Source: Antedon mediterranea (lineage: Eukaryota; Animalia; Echinodermata). Taken from it: a stretch of 64,000 bases of DNA. Position numbers and translations under genes: made by a program. The stretch covers positions 34,894,388 to 34,958,387 of the forward strand of contig NC_092670.1 of assembly GCF_964355755.1 (NCBI RefSeq), read 5' to 3'. The notes under the pieces were generated by a model. That model saw nothing but the letters and a program-made list of their open reading frames with translations. It had not been told where the DNA came from and ran no database searches. Below are positions 1 through 12,800 of the stretch, in pieces (the stretch's first letter is position 1; the number at the start of each line of letters is the position of its first letter).

Positions 1-163
1 ACATTAACCAGCAGCCTCAGAGCCTCAGGATCGTGTACTAAGGAATCCGTGTAGACGCGCCCTAAGTAATTACGTGGATTTACTTCACACTCAACGGCAC
101 AGAGATCAGGCCTTACGTTAAATCCGTGTTCGATCCTGCCAATAGTACATGGGAACGAACCTC
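1..163 (-). CDS. ACMSD: ACMSD coding exon 6 (truncated by window edge)
   Basis: cag|[54 protein letters not shown]. Confidence 0.93.
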
Positions 164-3100
164 CTGTAAGATAAAGAAATAAAAACACAATGTAGATATA
201 TAGTAACTCATAGAAAATGATAGCATTGTCTTTGAAGTATTGTGTTTCTTGTGTAAAATGCAGGCCTTTTGAAAATTATAAGCACGCCTGTGAGCTTTGC
301 TTATCCTTGCCTCCTTAGATTTTCACCTGTTTTTTTTTGTTACCTATGTTTTAAATGTATTTTGATTTTAAAGGCTCATCTTTCGTAACGTTGCATTTAA
401 ATATATGATGTACATTTTAGAAGATTAATTACATTAATCTGATACTGATTAAAAATACTATAAAGAATAAATGAATGAATGAATGAAAGGTGTGTTAGCT
501 ACAAATAATACAGCTGTAGGTGTGCTGTTGTATTTTGGTGTGTAGAAGTTTACCAAATTTAAGCGTGTTGTAAATCGCACTCCTCAAGGGCATTTTTTAG
601 GAGTGTGTTAGGTGAGTGATCGCGCTCGCTCACCTTAAAAGACAAGGCCTGAAAATGTGTCCCCTGAAGCTTGGTTTCTTATTAGGACTCAATGCAAAGA
701 CGTAAGTCACAAATTAGCAAATCGACTAATCAAAACAGATGGATTATTAGAACTTGTGATTGGTCAATTTACACTGCAGCTTAACAACCCTGTGTTGCGT
801 CCTAGTGAAAACCAAGCTTCAATAGACATAGTATACATACATCACCCCTTTGTTCGTTTCACAATATCTCTTAATAGTGGCATCCCATACATTTTTATGA
901 AGGAGGTAAAAAAAAAAATGTACATACCTCCGTGAGCAAAGCAAACTTTCAACTTTGGGAACCTTTCCAACACGCCACCAAAAATAAGGGAGCACATTGC
1001 TGTAGCCGTTTCTGCTGGCATGCCCACTAACCATGGCAACCAATATTTCGACATTCTCCCCGACATCTCCATGTCCCATGGATGCACAAAAATGGAACAG
1101 TCCAACTCCTCAGCTGCCTACAATAATGAAGTAGAATATATCATTTATTTATTATTTTATATGTACTACAAATGCTGATATTTTTTATGATAGTATATAA
1201 TATTAAAAGTACTGTAGTTAATTACTTCTTTCCATTCCATAATTTTACATCACTTTAATTTGCAAAGGTATTTTATATCATTATATTGTATATTTATTAC
1301 TGTAGTTAAGTTTCTACCAGCGGCAATGAATTGAAATACCTAAATTAATAAACTAAATTGTGCATTTGACATCTTATCTTTATCCCTTTAAACATTTCTC
1401 TTGATTATACTTCATAAATTCTCTCAATATTTCTCTTCTTTAAGTTAGGATTACCAGGCCTTGTCTTTTTAAAATTGTAGGTGTGCTACAAATTGCACTC
1501 CTCAATACATTTAGGGGTGCTGTAGGTGTGCTGTTTGTAGAAATTTACCAAATTTAGGCGTGTTGTAAATCGCTCTCCTCAAGGGCAGCTTAGGAGTGTT
1601 AGGCGAGTGATCACACTTGGTCGCCTTAAAAGACAAGGCCTGGATTACTGTAATTTTTTTAAATACTTACAGCGAAAAATGACTGAAGTTCTGGTGCGTC
1701 TAAATTCCAATCATTTACATGAGATCCAATTTCAATTCCTGGAAATCCAAGTTCCTAAAAAAAATGAATAACATTATGTTTTAAAATAAAATTACAAAAA
1801 AGATTGACGTTTCCGGGCCATTATGGGACAATCAAGAACAAGCGAGTAAAATTAACAACTATACAGAGCACCAAAGGAGGACAGGAAATATTTATATATA
1901 AATATAAATTGAAAAAGAGCTTTTAAAAGGAGTAAATATTATATTTATTCATTTAACCTTCCTTTTCTTTCAAATAAGCAGCACAAACTGGTTATTAAAA
2001 AATAATGAAAAATAGAAAATGATATCATTATCAATTACAAATAAAAAGTCAATTAGTAATTATTTAGAAAAGAGATGTAAAGAAAATTTAAAGCTAACTC
2101 AAATAACATAAAAAAAAGATATGAATATGCAAAAAAAGAAAAACCAAATTATATTTGATTTAAAACAATTAAAGTGGTTTAACCTAGATAATTCATTTTT
2201 AATTGTACCAGCAATTAAAAGCTGCCAAGGAATATAAAATATGATATTTAACTTTTAAGGGTATTAATATTAAACAGTGTCCCAGTGGGAGGGAGTCTGT
2301 GTGACTGAGTGATGTATATTAATATTATAAATAACTTATTGACTTATTAAAGTCTCTTTAGCCCAATTTTAGAAATACTAATGTAATGGTTTTTGAAGGA
2401 ATATTGTCTTTGTTTTAAATTACAGTGATTTTTTAAGTGCATCACAAATGTTTTAATCATTTATAGGCCGCTAAGTGGACAGACTAAGATGATTAGTTAA
2501 AATATGTCTTGTTTTTTCAGAGACAATTGTGGATAGTTATGATTTGGCGACGAAAAACATAATTTTCAATGAGATGTGACAATTAGCTTTATAATTCATT
2601 TTTTATATGATTGGTATTTATATTTTATTACTTTATAATCTTGTTTTTGTGTATAGGTCGTGAGGTAATTTCCCGATTGATCGTAATCAAAACGGTACTG
2701 GGTTTGGTCTACTAGCGTTCCTGCTCCCAACTAGTCATCCATTCATAGAAGCCTTAATGAAGTAAGCCTACCTGATGGTGGCCTAGAACGACTTTAGTCG
2801 ATAGAAGATTGAAATATTGTTAGAGATAGAGTATACGATGTTTGATTGTGTAGATGTGTGACTTGTTCTGTTATTCAAATGATGTTCCTCATACTAGGAG
2901 ATGAAGATAGTAGTTGGGTGTAATGATTTTGTATATCAATTAATTATTTTAGACTGTATATTATTATTGCGATAAATTATTATTTAATATATATATTTTT
3001 ATAATATTTATTGTTATGATTATAGTATTAATAAAAAGATATATATATCAGTATTAATAATACAGTTAACAGTATAGTTTAGTGGTACTAATAGGCATAG

Positions 3101-6100
3101 CAAGCAGAAGATTCCAGGTGTCGAATCTTGGTTGGGGGCGGTTATTTCCTCATTTTTAAAGAATTCCCAATATCTTGATCAACACATTATTCATATTCAA
3201 TTAACATATAACATTTAGTTTTTAGTTATCTTTACTGCACCTTAATATTTTTTGATGAGACACAATAAATAGCTTCCAGATTAATTAATCAATTTCAAGT
3301 ATATCACTTCTGGCTATTTTAGAGTTTCTTTATGCGTGTCATATTGAAATAATATAATCACCATATATAACTGAGGTGTGTGCCAGAAAATCGAAATAAG
3401 GTTATTAACACTGTACTTCTAAGGTTAATGTTCAGAGGGTCCTGAAGGCATATGCATGTAACCCTGTCAGTGAACCTTATTCTAACCAAAAATTTTAGAA
3501 GCCGAATGCTAGATCGCCAAATTCTATATATTCCCATTCTCAATATATTTTATCTAAAGAATATACATTTATACTAAATATTTGTCTTGTTTTTTTATTA
3601 TTAATCTGTTTAAAAATTGTTGAACAAGCCAGGCGGCCCTCTGGTAGAGAACTTCTCCGTAAGATCCACCTTCACTGTCACCTAGTACACCCTCTAGCCT
3701 TCGCCTTATTATCATCTCTATATTTCTAACACAATATTACTACAATAGCATATCTTTAAAAAATCAATTTGTTATAAGTTGTACCTTTATACATCTAGTC
3801 ATTTCTTGAATAGCAAGATCCGGTGCTTGTAGCGGGACCGTACCCAGACCAATGAAGCGCTTTGGGTGTGTTTTAACAGTAGTGGCCAAGTCATCGTTGA
3901 TGATTTTACAAAGATCTAACGCATCTTCAGGTTTTGCCCAGTAGCTAAACATGATTGGTACGGTGGAGAGAGCTTGTACAGTTACCCCTGAAAGAAGAAA
4001 TAATAATATCAAATTTAATTATATCTTATAAAATGCCAATATAGATCTCTATGTATTAGAGATAATGTTTTACTTAAAGTTTGTTATAATGATGCTTTCC
4101 GGAGGTTGTTGGGACAACCCAGATTTGTCAGTGCGAAGAATTTGTTTGTGGAAAACAATATTTCATCATTTTATGAATATTTGAGGATTTCGACTTACCG
4201 ATTTCTTACAAGAACAATGAAAAGCGAAAACAGAATGTTACTTTGTATATATAAATATTTGTTGATGGATTCAAACATGTACTACAAATGGAGAGAGGCA
4301 TTATATACCAATAGATAACAGTTTTGGTCCTCTCTCCTTCATCTTTTTTATTTGTGTAATGTATTATACCATATGGACAATTGTCTGAAATAAAAGTTGA
4401 ATTGAAAAATCATGGTTGTTTCTATATGGCGCCCTACAAAGAACAGAGCGCCTAACAATACTAGTTATTATTAATTATTTAATAAAGTACTCATATCAAT
4501 AAGAGTGTAAATAGTATTGTGAGCGTGTGACGATGTGTGTTGGGTATTGGACTACTGATTGTGAGATCGTGGGTTCAAATCCAATGCTTGTCTTCACTTA
4601 TATTTTCCTCTTTCCACCCAGGTGTACAAATAAGTAATGTACCTGGTAAAGTCAAAACAGAACTTTGCGCTGCTTACTAGCTGCATTGGTACTTTTTTTA
4701 ATATCCAAGTCTACAGCTCTTTGATCTTCATAAAATAGAGTGCTATATTATAAATGTCGCATTACCGTAAAATGCCAACTTAATGTCAATGGCTAATTGA
4801 ACCAGTACAAATATTATGGGAGTACAGGGAATGATTTCGCCAGTGTAGCATAGCAAAAAGCTATACAAAACAACCTTATTGCTACACATTTCTAAAATTG
4901 TGTAGCAAAAAAGACAATACAAAACTATGTTTCTCGACTAAAAAATCAGTTTGATTAGCAATAATTGCTAAACAAAATTTTAAAATGAAATTTTTCCCTG
5001 GAGTATGTTTCCATGTGTTTGATGATCAAAATATGACTGGGGTATCAATATGTACAGTGCTTAGAGGTTTCACAATCCAGGATATATTATTAATTAAAAT
5101 GTATGACAATTGACAGTAGAACACCATATTAAGAAGAGACACCTTCAGGAACCCAGCAGCTCCTTCTTAATAGTGGTGTCCTCTGAATAGGGTTGGTCGT
5201 TCGTATTGTTAAAACATGTATTTTATACAACTGTATAGTAAAATTTGGATCTCCATCATAGATGACATAAATGGTTTTATATTTTTTACATTTCCTTCCC
5301 TGGGACATCCCTATTTTGGGGTCACTTTTCTGTGACAGAAATGAGCAGCAATATCGTATACACTGTAGGTAAACTTCTATAGGAGACAGCATAGGCAACG
5401 CCACTAGCATGTGTGGCGACATCCCTATCAAGGGAAATTACCTATCGAGGGGACACCCTATTAAGGAGACATACCTTAATGGGGAAATTTTGCTGGGTAT
5501 TAACAAGTTGATACAGTATATGAAATATTTTCTTTTTTTTCTTTATTTACCCAAAAATAAATGTAATAAATCATAGGAAGGGCTAAAAAAACTCTAGTCA
5601 AGTTCAGCACCTAAAAAATAAAAAGACAATATTGCTCAAAAAAATCAAATTACATAATTACTGTTTTACCTGTTTCATCCATTTCCTTGATCCTGGTGTC
5701 GGGATCCCAGCAATTCTGGTCAATAACACGGAATAACTTGCCATCTTTCATCATCTTTGCCTTTCCTTCACAATGGTGGTGGAGCTGGATCCAGCCGCCA
5801 TAACCATACCTCTGCAAACAAAATAAAGTTCATTTTATAACACACCTAAAGTATCATTGTCATTTGATTGGCTGATTTCATTATGTGGCATTAGATATTT
5901 CGTCCCATTCAATGAATAAAGTTTAATAATCAATGTTACTATAAATAACAGCCAGCTTTTTAAAACAGTATTTTAAAGGCCAGGTGTGGGCAAAAAATTT
6001 CTTTTGATCATAAATTCCAATAATTATTGATCTATAGTTTCCCCTATGTTTCATAATATTTGGGATTTTCTTTGTGTTACACGAGCTTGTTGAAAATAAG

Positions 6101-7622
6101 CACTTTCTTATCAGTGGGGGGATAGTTCAAATTACACAGTAAAATCTGTATTCTTTTGTACACAAATTTTGTAAATAGAGAGGCATTTTAAAAAGCTATG
6201 AAAAATAAACGGTGTGGTAAAAAATGTTATCAGATAACTAAATATAGGTAATATTACTTGAATATTACATTTCTGATATTTTTATTCAACTTCAGATTTT
6301 TATTTTCATCAGGCTATAGCAAAAATTATCCACCGTATATTTACCATCTATATTTAACCATCTTTTTTCACCGTCTAGGAAGTCACCAGACATGTTATTA
6401 CATTAGGTTAACTACCTAACTACGGTACTGAAAAAAAGTCTTCTTGGTTTTTATGGAAGAATTTTGCCAAATTTTGTATTTGACCATATTAAGGGAAATT
6501 CGTGTTTTTTGTCTTGATTTCTGTTACAAATATTTGATTTATGTACAATTAACCAAATATCATATTTAACATTCATGCCTGTACCTGAGCTTTAAAACTT
6601 TGTGTCAATTAATAATAATATGACACAAAAGAGAAACATGTAAGCAACATCATTTGCTTTACTGAGCCTACGCTTGTTGTTATAAAGCTTACACCAAACA
6701 AAAAAGCTAAAAAATTGAATACATTTGGTTTTTTGTATTTTATTTAAACCAGAGCCTACTTTTTAAACAAAAATTGTTATGACAAATTTGAAGAAAAAAA
6801 ATCATGAAGGAAAAATACTAAGCAAATCCCTTTCTGTGTAGGAGGTGTGTCACAAAATCTCTTACCCTATTGGATGAAATCAGACTGACTAAGCGATATG
6901 ATCAGAGTACCGCCCTACAGTTCACTCTGCAGTGATCTGGTTTCAGCCAATAGGGAAAAAGATTTAGTGACACACCTCCTACACAGAGAAAGGGATTTAC
7001 TTGAAAATTGTATACTGTATTAATATCAATATTATGAAACCTATTATTATTATGAATCACCTTTTCAACTAAACTGTGTTTAAGTCACTGTTTTTTATTT
7101 CTAAGATAAATTCAGGTATATCCTAAATCCTCAAAGTGGTATTTATCTATTGATCTCAACAATATTTTACCATGATTTTACGAAGGTGCTCCATCCAGCC
7201 AAAGCTGATCATTAAATACTTTTACTAGGCCTACTAGGGCCTAGGGACCCTTATTATTACAGCAATTGTTATGTATGATGAGAGACATAAACATGTATTG
7301 CAACAAACAAAAATTAAAATAAATAGTATAAGGCAATAATGTTGACAACTAAACACCAAATCTAATCTACATTAAGCAATACTACTAAACTGTAGAGCTA
7401 GCTAGGCCCAGTCTATCCATATGCTAATGTATTCCCAGTTCAACGTTGGGGAACAATATGGAACACTACGTCTCTATACACAACTACACAACAAAGAGTA
7501 GGCCTAGCTTAGCGTGAAGGCTAAACGTGTTCAATGTAATCAGTATATAGCCTAAATACACTCACCTCTTTTAAGTCAGGCCATCTTTTTGGTAGAATAT
7601 GATTATGAATGTCAATTTTCAT
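1..7622 (-). CDS. ACMSD: ACMSD, 2-amino-3-carboxymuconate-6-semialdehyde decarboxylase (kynurenine pathway); 6 coding exons visible, 3' end beyond window
   Basis: Exons 7566-7622, 5670-5811, 3785-3987, 1671-1754, 928-1117 and <1-163 join in frame with GT-AG ends. Translation: [29 protein letters not shown]...[20 protein letters not shown]...[21 protein letters not shown]...FVHPWDM...[12 protein letters not shown]...FAHGGGSFP...[13 protein letters not shown]...YTDSLVHD, all hallmark ACMSD amidohydrolase motifs. Confidence 0.97.
261..651. mobile_element. MITE with CAGGCCTT...AAGGCCTG ends, 6-bp TSD (hAT6-like)
   Basis: AAAATG duplicated at 255-260 and 652-657; right half homologous to 1455-1642. 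Confidence 0.6.
928..1117 (-). CDS. ACMSD: ACMSD coding exon 5
   Basis: tag|[64 protein letters not shown]|gtat. Confidence 0.95.
1455..1642. mobile_element. MITE of the same family, 6-bp TSD GATTAC
   Basis: TIR CAGGCCTTGTCTTTT / AAAAGACAAGGCCTG; GATTAC at 1449-1454 and 1643-1648. Confidence 0.75.
1671..1754 (-). CDS. ACMSD: ACMSD coding exon 4
   Basis: tag|[28 protein letters not shown]|gtaag. Confidence 0.94.
2270..2950 (-). pseudogene. Highly decayed LINE endonuclease-like remnant
   Basis: Faint APE-like motifs in the expected order (GAGTLV, SVHL approximating SDH) with many stops and frameshifts. Confidence 0.25.
3785..3987 (-). CDS. ACMSD: ACMSD coding exon 3
   Basis: cag|[26 protein letters not shown]...[22 protein letters not shown]|gtac. 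Confidence 0.94.
4530..4760 (+). mobile_element. Degenerate tRNA-derived CORE-type SINE
   Basis: B-box GGTTCAAATCC followed by CTCTTTCCACCCAGGTGTA...GTACCTGG. Confidence 0.45.
4825..5000. mobile_element. MITE with CAGGGAA...TTCCCTG ends, 5-bp TSD (hAT5-like)
   Basis: GAGTA at 4820-4824 and 5001-5005. Confidence 0.6.
5670..5811 (-). CDS. ACMSD: ACMSD coding exon 2
   Basis: cag|[48 protein letters not shown]|gtaa. Confidence 0.94.
5977..6591. mobile_element. TTAA-flanked non-autonomous DNA transposon (Kolobok-like)
   Basis: TTAA|AGGCCAGGT...ACCTGAGCT|TTAA, imperfect TIR. Confidence 0.4.
6820..7002. mobile_element. Palindromic MITE
   Basis: ~65-bp inverted arms AAATCCCTTTCTGTGTAGGAGGTGTGTCAC / GTGACACACCTCCTACACAGAGAAAGGGATTT. 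Confidence 0.7.
7566..7622 (-). CDS. ACMSD: ACMSD coding exon 1
   Basis: ATG...[19 protein letters not shown]|gtgag; HxH metal-binding motif. Confidence 0.93.
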
Positions 7623-7751
7623 ATTTGAGAATGTTTAATTAAGTGATATAAGTACGTTTTTCTCAGTAAAACACAAACCAAAAGGAAGTATAAAAACGGA
7701 GCTAACCCTTTTCTCCTTTGACGATCATCCGCGAATAATTATTTTCCTATT

Positions 7752-7767
7752 AGGTCATCAGAGGTCA
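7752..7767. promoter_or_regulatory. Perfect DR4 nuclear-receptor element upstream of ACMSD
   Basis: AGGTCA-tcag-AGGTCA, 130 bp upstream of the ATG. Confidence 0.4.
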
Positions 7768-8155
7768 ATACATAATTGTTAGTCTGTGTCGCAGCCGTTG
7801 GTTATAATTATTCGTCCGTACATTTCGCGCGCGGCGTTCAACAAACGATTGAAAATGACACATAGGCCTCCTAGACGAGTTAAGTTCGTTTTGGTAATTT
7901 AATTTCCAATACAACACAATATAACTCTTTCTCATTGAATAATTCCTACAAATAATGTCTGTATAATACAACAATATTAATTTTAAAATAATCAACAATG
8001 AAATGATCGAAGAATGAATAGGCGCGCCTAAGCTTGGTTCTCACTTAACCTTAACGCAATAACGGTCGGAGCAACGCGCTGCAAGTAATTTAATCAATCA
8101 TGACGCGTTGATCATCTGAAATGTTACGTGGTCAATACACTTGTGTGCGCGCTTC

Positions 8156-8640
8156 TAGTCAGGTTAAAAGAGGTATTCCGTGTGCAATTTGTGGTGAAAG
8201 TTGGCAACTTGTCTGAATATCTTTAGTGGGTCAAAATAAACCAGAAAAACCACGTGGGGGGGGGGGGGGTCTTTTATGGGCCTTTTCAAGATGGCGGCCA
8301 AAATATTCAAATACAGTAGCTTATATCTTTGTAATTATTATTGACCTTTGACCTTCTTCTATCTTGATAACTACTGGTCATACTACTGTATTTGTTCTTA
8401 AATTGTTCAGAACATATATGTTTATATTCACTTTAATGCAACATTTTATCAATATGTGGTCAGAAATGGCTTTATTGACCTTTGACCCTGACCTTCTTCT
8501 ATCTCGATATAACTACTGGTATTTGAGCCGGTGGGTAATCGTTAATACACACAGTGCTGATTTTCTCTTTAGTGCTTTTAAGCACATAAGCTCACTAATA
8601 ATAATATACTAGGCCGATATAATTTGTTTCTTACCTCTAA
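8156..8640. mobile_element. Diverged Academ-family terminal (TIR) fragment
   Basis: Blocks align by eye with the Academ TIR at 44440-44640 (TTCAAgATGGCgGCCAAAA; AAATTG..AGAACA.ATATGTTT.TATTCACT.TAAT.CAACATTTTAT; TGACCTTTGACC); begins TAG. Confidence 0.65.
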
Positions 8641-9776
8641 AACATTTCCAATGCCTTAGTGATTCAACAATTATAAGTAAAGAAATAAAACAATAACAGT
8701 CAATACGTTTGTTTGGGACACTTGACATTTATTAAATCTACAATTAAATAATCTACATTTTGTTATTCATCAGTGACGTCATGCGAAGATACATACATTT
8801 GACGCACGTGTTGTTCAAAACATTTTTATTATCAATATTTTTACCCGGACGTAAATAGTGAATGTATACTATATTAAGCTCAGTCTACACTATTAAACTT
8901 TATGTGACAAGGCCTGATGTCCATCAAGCCCGACCTGTTGCCAGAACCGAGGTGGTATAGTAGGACAGGCAGAAAAATATTTTGCTGAACTCAACGATTG
9001 ATGTATGAGAATGTATTGAGATACACTTCCAGGGAGCTTGTATGAACGTTGTTAATAAATAATCACCGTACTGTGCTTAATCAGGCAGTAAGGGTAGTTC
9101 ATTTTGATTTTTATTTGAGACAGCCTCTGTATTCTTTTAAATGCCTGAAATATAAATAACTTTTCTCTACAGAAGTAGGTTTACAATTATTACGTTTACA
9201 ATGAAGTCCACTATTATGTACATGGTAACAGTGATAAGAACAGTTATAAAAACATTAAACTAATCAGTTAAAAAACGACGTTATTTTTGTAACTATACTG
9301 TAAATACTTGCTAGACAAACAACTGATACAACACACTGTACAACACATTTTACACATAGGCCTACTTAGTGCTTTAATGTTAGAGAAAATTAACAATTAA
9401 TTTGAACGACCTGGAATAAAAGAATAAGATTGACCGACTAGGTTATGTTAAAGAGCGTGGTATGCGACACTCACAGTCTTCGTATCTATCTTTTTGTTTG
9501 CACTCAGATTTTCAGTTCTTTCCCGTTTATTGAAATCTCATAATTACTCTCTTTCTATCTGGATAGGCCTACACCTCTGCTTGAAATTTCTTTTATAATT
9601 GCTTTTACCAAACATAAATCGAGTCAACAATATAATCAGTATTTTAATTTTAAAAATATCAACACGATTTTTAGTATTGAGAACATAGTTTATATTTCAT
9701 AAAATACCAGACTTTATCAATTACGTTTTGAATTATAGGAATTAAAAAAATTGTAAATATCTTATTATAAAAGTAA

Positions 9777-9898
9777 TCAGCCGAAATCGCCACGACATAT
9801 TTCGTCACTTCCGTCTGGGCAATTTTGAACGGTGTCACATTTGAATATTAATTGAACGCATGAACCATCGCCACATATAAGTCCATCAGGACACTTTT
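9777..9898 (-). CDS. Mosaic gene terminal exon: LDL-receptor class A repeat + RGDFG-stop
   Basis: cag|KCPDGLICGDGSCVQLIFKCDTVQNCPDGSDEICRGDFG*; six Cys and CxDGSDE motif. Confidence 0.88.
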
Positions 9899-12800
9899 CT
9901 GTAAATAAAACAAATATTATAATAATTATTATAATTAAACATGAAAAAAGATTAATTAAATCAGACTTTGAATAGCTTATTTTATACTTTTAATAAAGTT
10001 AATCACTTCCGTAGAAAAAAAAAACAGAAAAAAAATTATGTTTTCACTTAAGTAGATGGTTAAATTCAACCTAAAATCCACTTGCTGGCAGCATTGCTAT
10101 TTTTTGCATGTAAATACATTTTTGTTTCCATCTAATTTTTGGTCAAAGTGGATATTACATGTGACATTAAAATGGCATATTCAACAGAAAAATTGTTAAT
10201 ACTAATTATTTTTTAGGGGGACAATACATATTTAATTATTATTATTTATAATTTCTACTAAGCATTCACATTTGCTATAAGTGATTTTGAAATCTGTAAC
10301 GCTGACCAGAGGCATACATTTGAAATATTTATTATGGCTCTTTTGCAGATCTTTGAATAAATCAAATTTCACGATGTCGGCCTATATTATTACAGTATTG
10401 TATTATTTTGAAGGTATTGAAATGAATTGGTTGAATAACTGTGTATTTTTATTTAGTATACAGTACTACTACACTGTAAAAACAGTGTGGAGCTTTTAAA
10501 CACGTACAGTTGTTAAATGTTTAGCGTGTTTAAAACGTGTTTATAGCTACATGTTGTGTTCCTCAACTCGTTTAGCAGTCAACATGTCACTATTATGTTC
10601 AATTTCTCTATGTTCAGCAGTCACCATGTTTAAGCACAACGTCTTTGGCGTTTTACTGTGGCGGAAAAAAACTCCAAACATAGCAAATTAAACACGTTTA
10701 AAACCTAAACGTGTCTTTATATTGATCCACATGTTTAACAATCAACACGTCACTGATGTTTTGAGTACAGACTACATTTTTATAATTTGTTTAGAATCTA
10801 AACAAGTTTTATATCTAAACATGTTCAAGGCTAAATGTGTGGAAAAAGTGGTACAGAATACATATTTATGATCTAAACACTATTTTTACAGTGTAGTGGA
10901 TCATTCTTTCAAACGATCCTTCTCTGAGCAGCTGAAAATAATTTCGTATAATAAAAAAATAAAATAGGAAAAAAACTATCGACTTACTTGTATCTTGGCA
11001 GTTTGGTCCTCCGCGCCCTGTTGTACAAATGCAGTAATAATCGGAGAAATCTTCTGTAACTTTTGGAACACATGTACCGCCAAATTGACATGGATTATTT
11101 TTACAAGGATTTAACAATCTTGGAGCTGAAAAAAAATGTCATATATCTATTTAATATAATAAGGAAAGAGACAGTTTTGGTACATTTTGTATTGGCAAAT
11201 CATTAGATCGGACAATTATTTTCAGTACTTGGTACCGTGATATTGTTGTATCGTATAGACTTGGAAAGTTTTTCCTAAAAACTCAACTAGTCCAGATGGT
11301 TTGATACGCCATGTAATTGGTAGCATTATAAATTGTTATAAGAAGTGAACAAAATCAAGAGAAAATCTTGCCATTAGAGAATACGACATTACTACGAAAC
11401 GTTACCAATTGCAAAAGAACAAGATAGTGGAACCGTAATTACGTAGCCATAACATCGGCAAGGGTTGGAGGCTCACTCGCTCCATGGTTCTGGTGGTAAA
11501 ACGAGTCTTCTCTCGGATAACGACTATGAACCGTAGGTCCAATGTACAAATAGCTCATGTGCACTTTAAAGAACCTAGTACATCTTTTGAGACGAGTAGG
11601 GGTTACCCCGGTTTACTACTCCACACAAACACAGCCACTGTGCAATTGGGACTGGGCCGTTTTAGAGGTGTTTACCACCCGTTGGTCCCCATCCTTCACA
11701 TACATCTTAGTGAGAAGTTGAATAAATAAATAAAAATAAAAAACTTTTTGGTGAAGGCATAAGTAATAAATAGTATAGTATACAAACAACTGTGGCCTAT
11801 TCATTAAATAAATGAACTTACAAACTGTGCCTCCTCGCTCACATATGTAGCTAACTCGTTGGTTGTCACACGGGGCAGTGAACCAGTATCTGGTTTCTTT
11901 ATCCCCCATATAAGCACATTGAAAATCAGGCCAAAAGTTAAAGGTGAGCTCCGAGTTATCAATCCATCCCCATTGCGAATTGATATTTTCCCGTATGAGA
12001 CCAACCCAGAAATTATCAGATTCGTATGGTCCGCAGTTTCCGAGAAAGGTGTTGATGGCCTTTTGTTCACTGTGGTTATCAATTACAACAAGTTGGCCGC
12101 TATCTTGCGCACATGCATCACGGGCCTCTCTCCACGACAATTTTCTTTCGCCTTCATTAAAGCCTTTTACTGTGTAACTATGACCTAAGTAGTTTACCGA
12201 GTCATAAACACATGCTGCTGGGATATCACGAACTGAAAAAGAATAATATTGAAAATGATGAATCATCAACAAGACCCATTACAGCAAAATACTATAATAA
12301 TATATGTACATTAATACTTTTAATTGATTCAATTACATACCATATTTATACTCGCATATAAACAGCATATTCTCCGTACATTGAATACTGTTTGACCATC
12401 GGTAGTCACGAATTTGGGAAAGATACACACAGTTATTTGGTGCCCAATTAACGAAGTCAACCGGTTCGTTAGTGACATGCGTCCAGTCATTACCAGCCTC
12501 TTGTTCTAGACCAATGGCAAAGTTGACGTTGGTGTTAGCAGAGATGTGGAACAGCTCTTCCTGGGTTGTATAAGTAGCAAGATGGCCACCCTTTTGTTTG
12601 CAGCTCTCCTTAGCAGTTACTATCTCCAACGTTTCAAAATACTGTGAGAAACACGTTCCATTATAAAAGGTTTCACCATCGGTACAAGCTGCAGAAAATA
12701 AAAGAATTGATAAAGGGTGGTGGCTCCTTTCGGTGTCTAGTGGTGTTAAGTAGAGTGCTAAAAGTTAGAAAATGTTATGTCAACATGAGTGAGTGAGTGG

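Noticed and set aside
11859-12188. Plus-strand ORFs overlapping lectin and CCP exons (also 13184, 16136, 23343, 46154)
   Set aside because: Antisense shadows of genuine minus-strand coding sequence.
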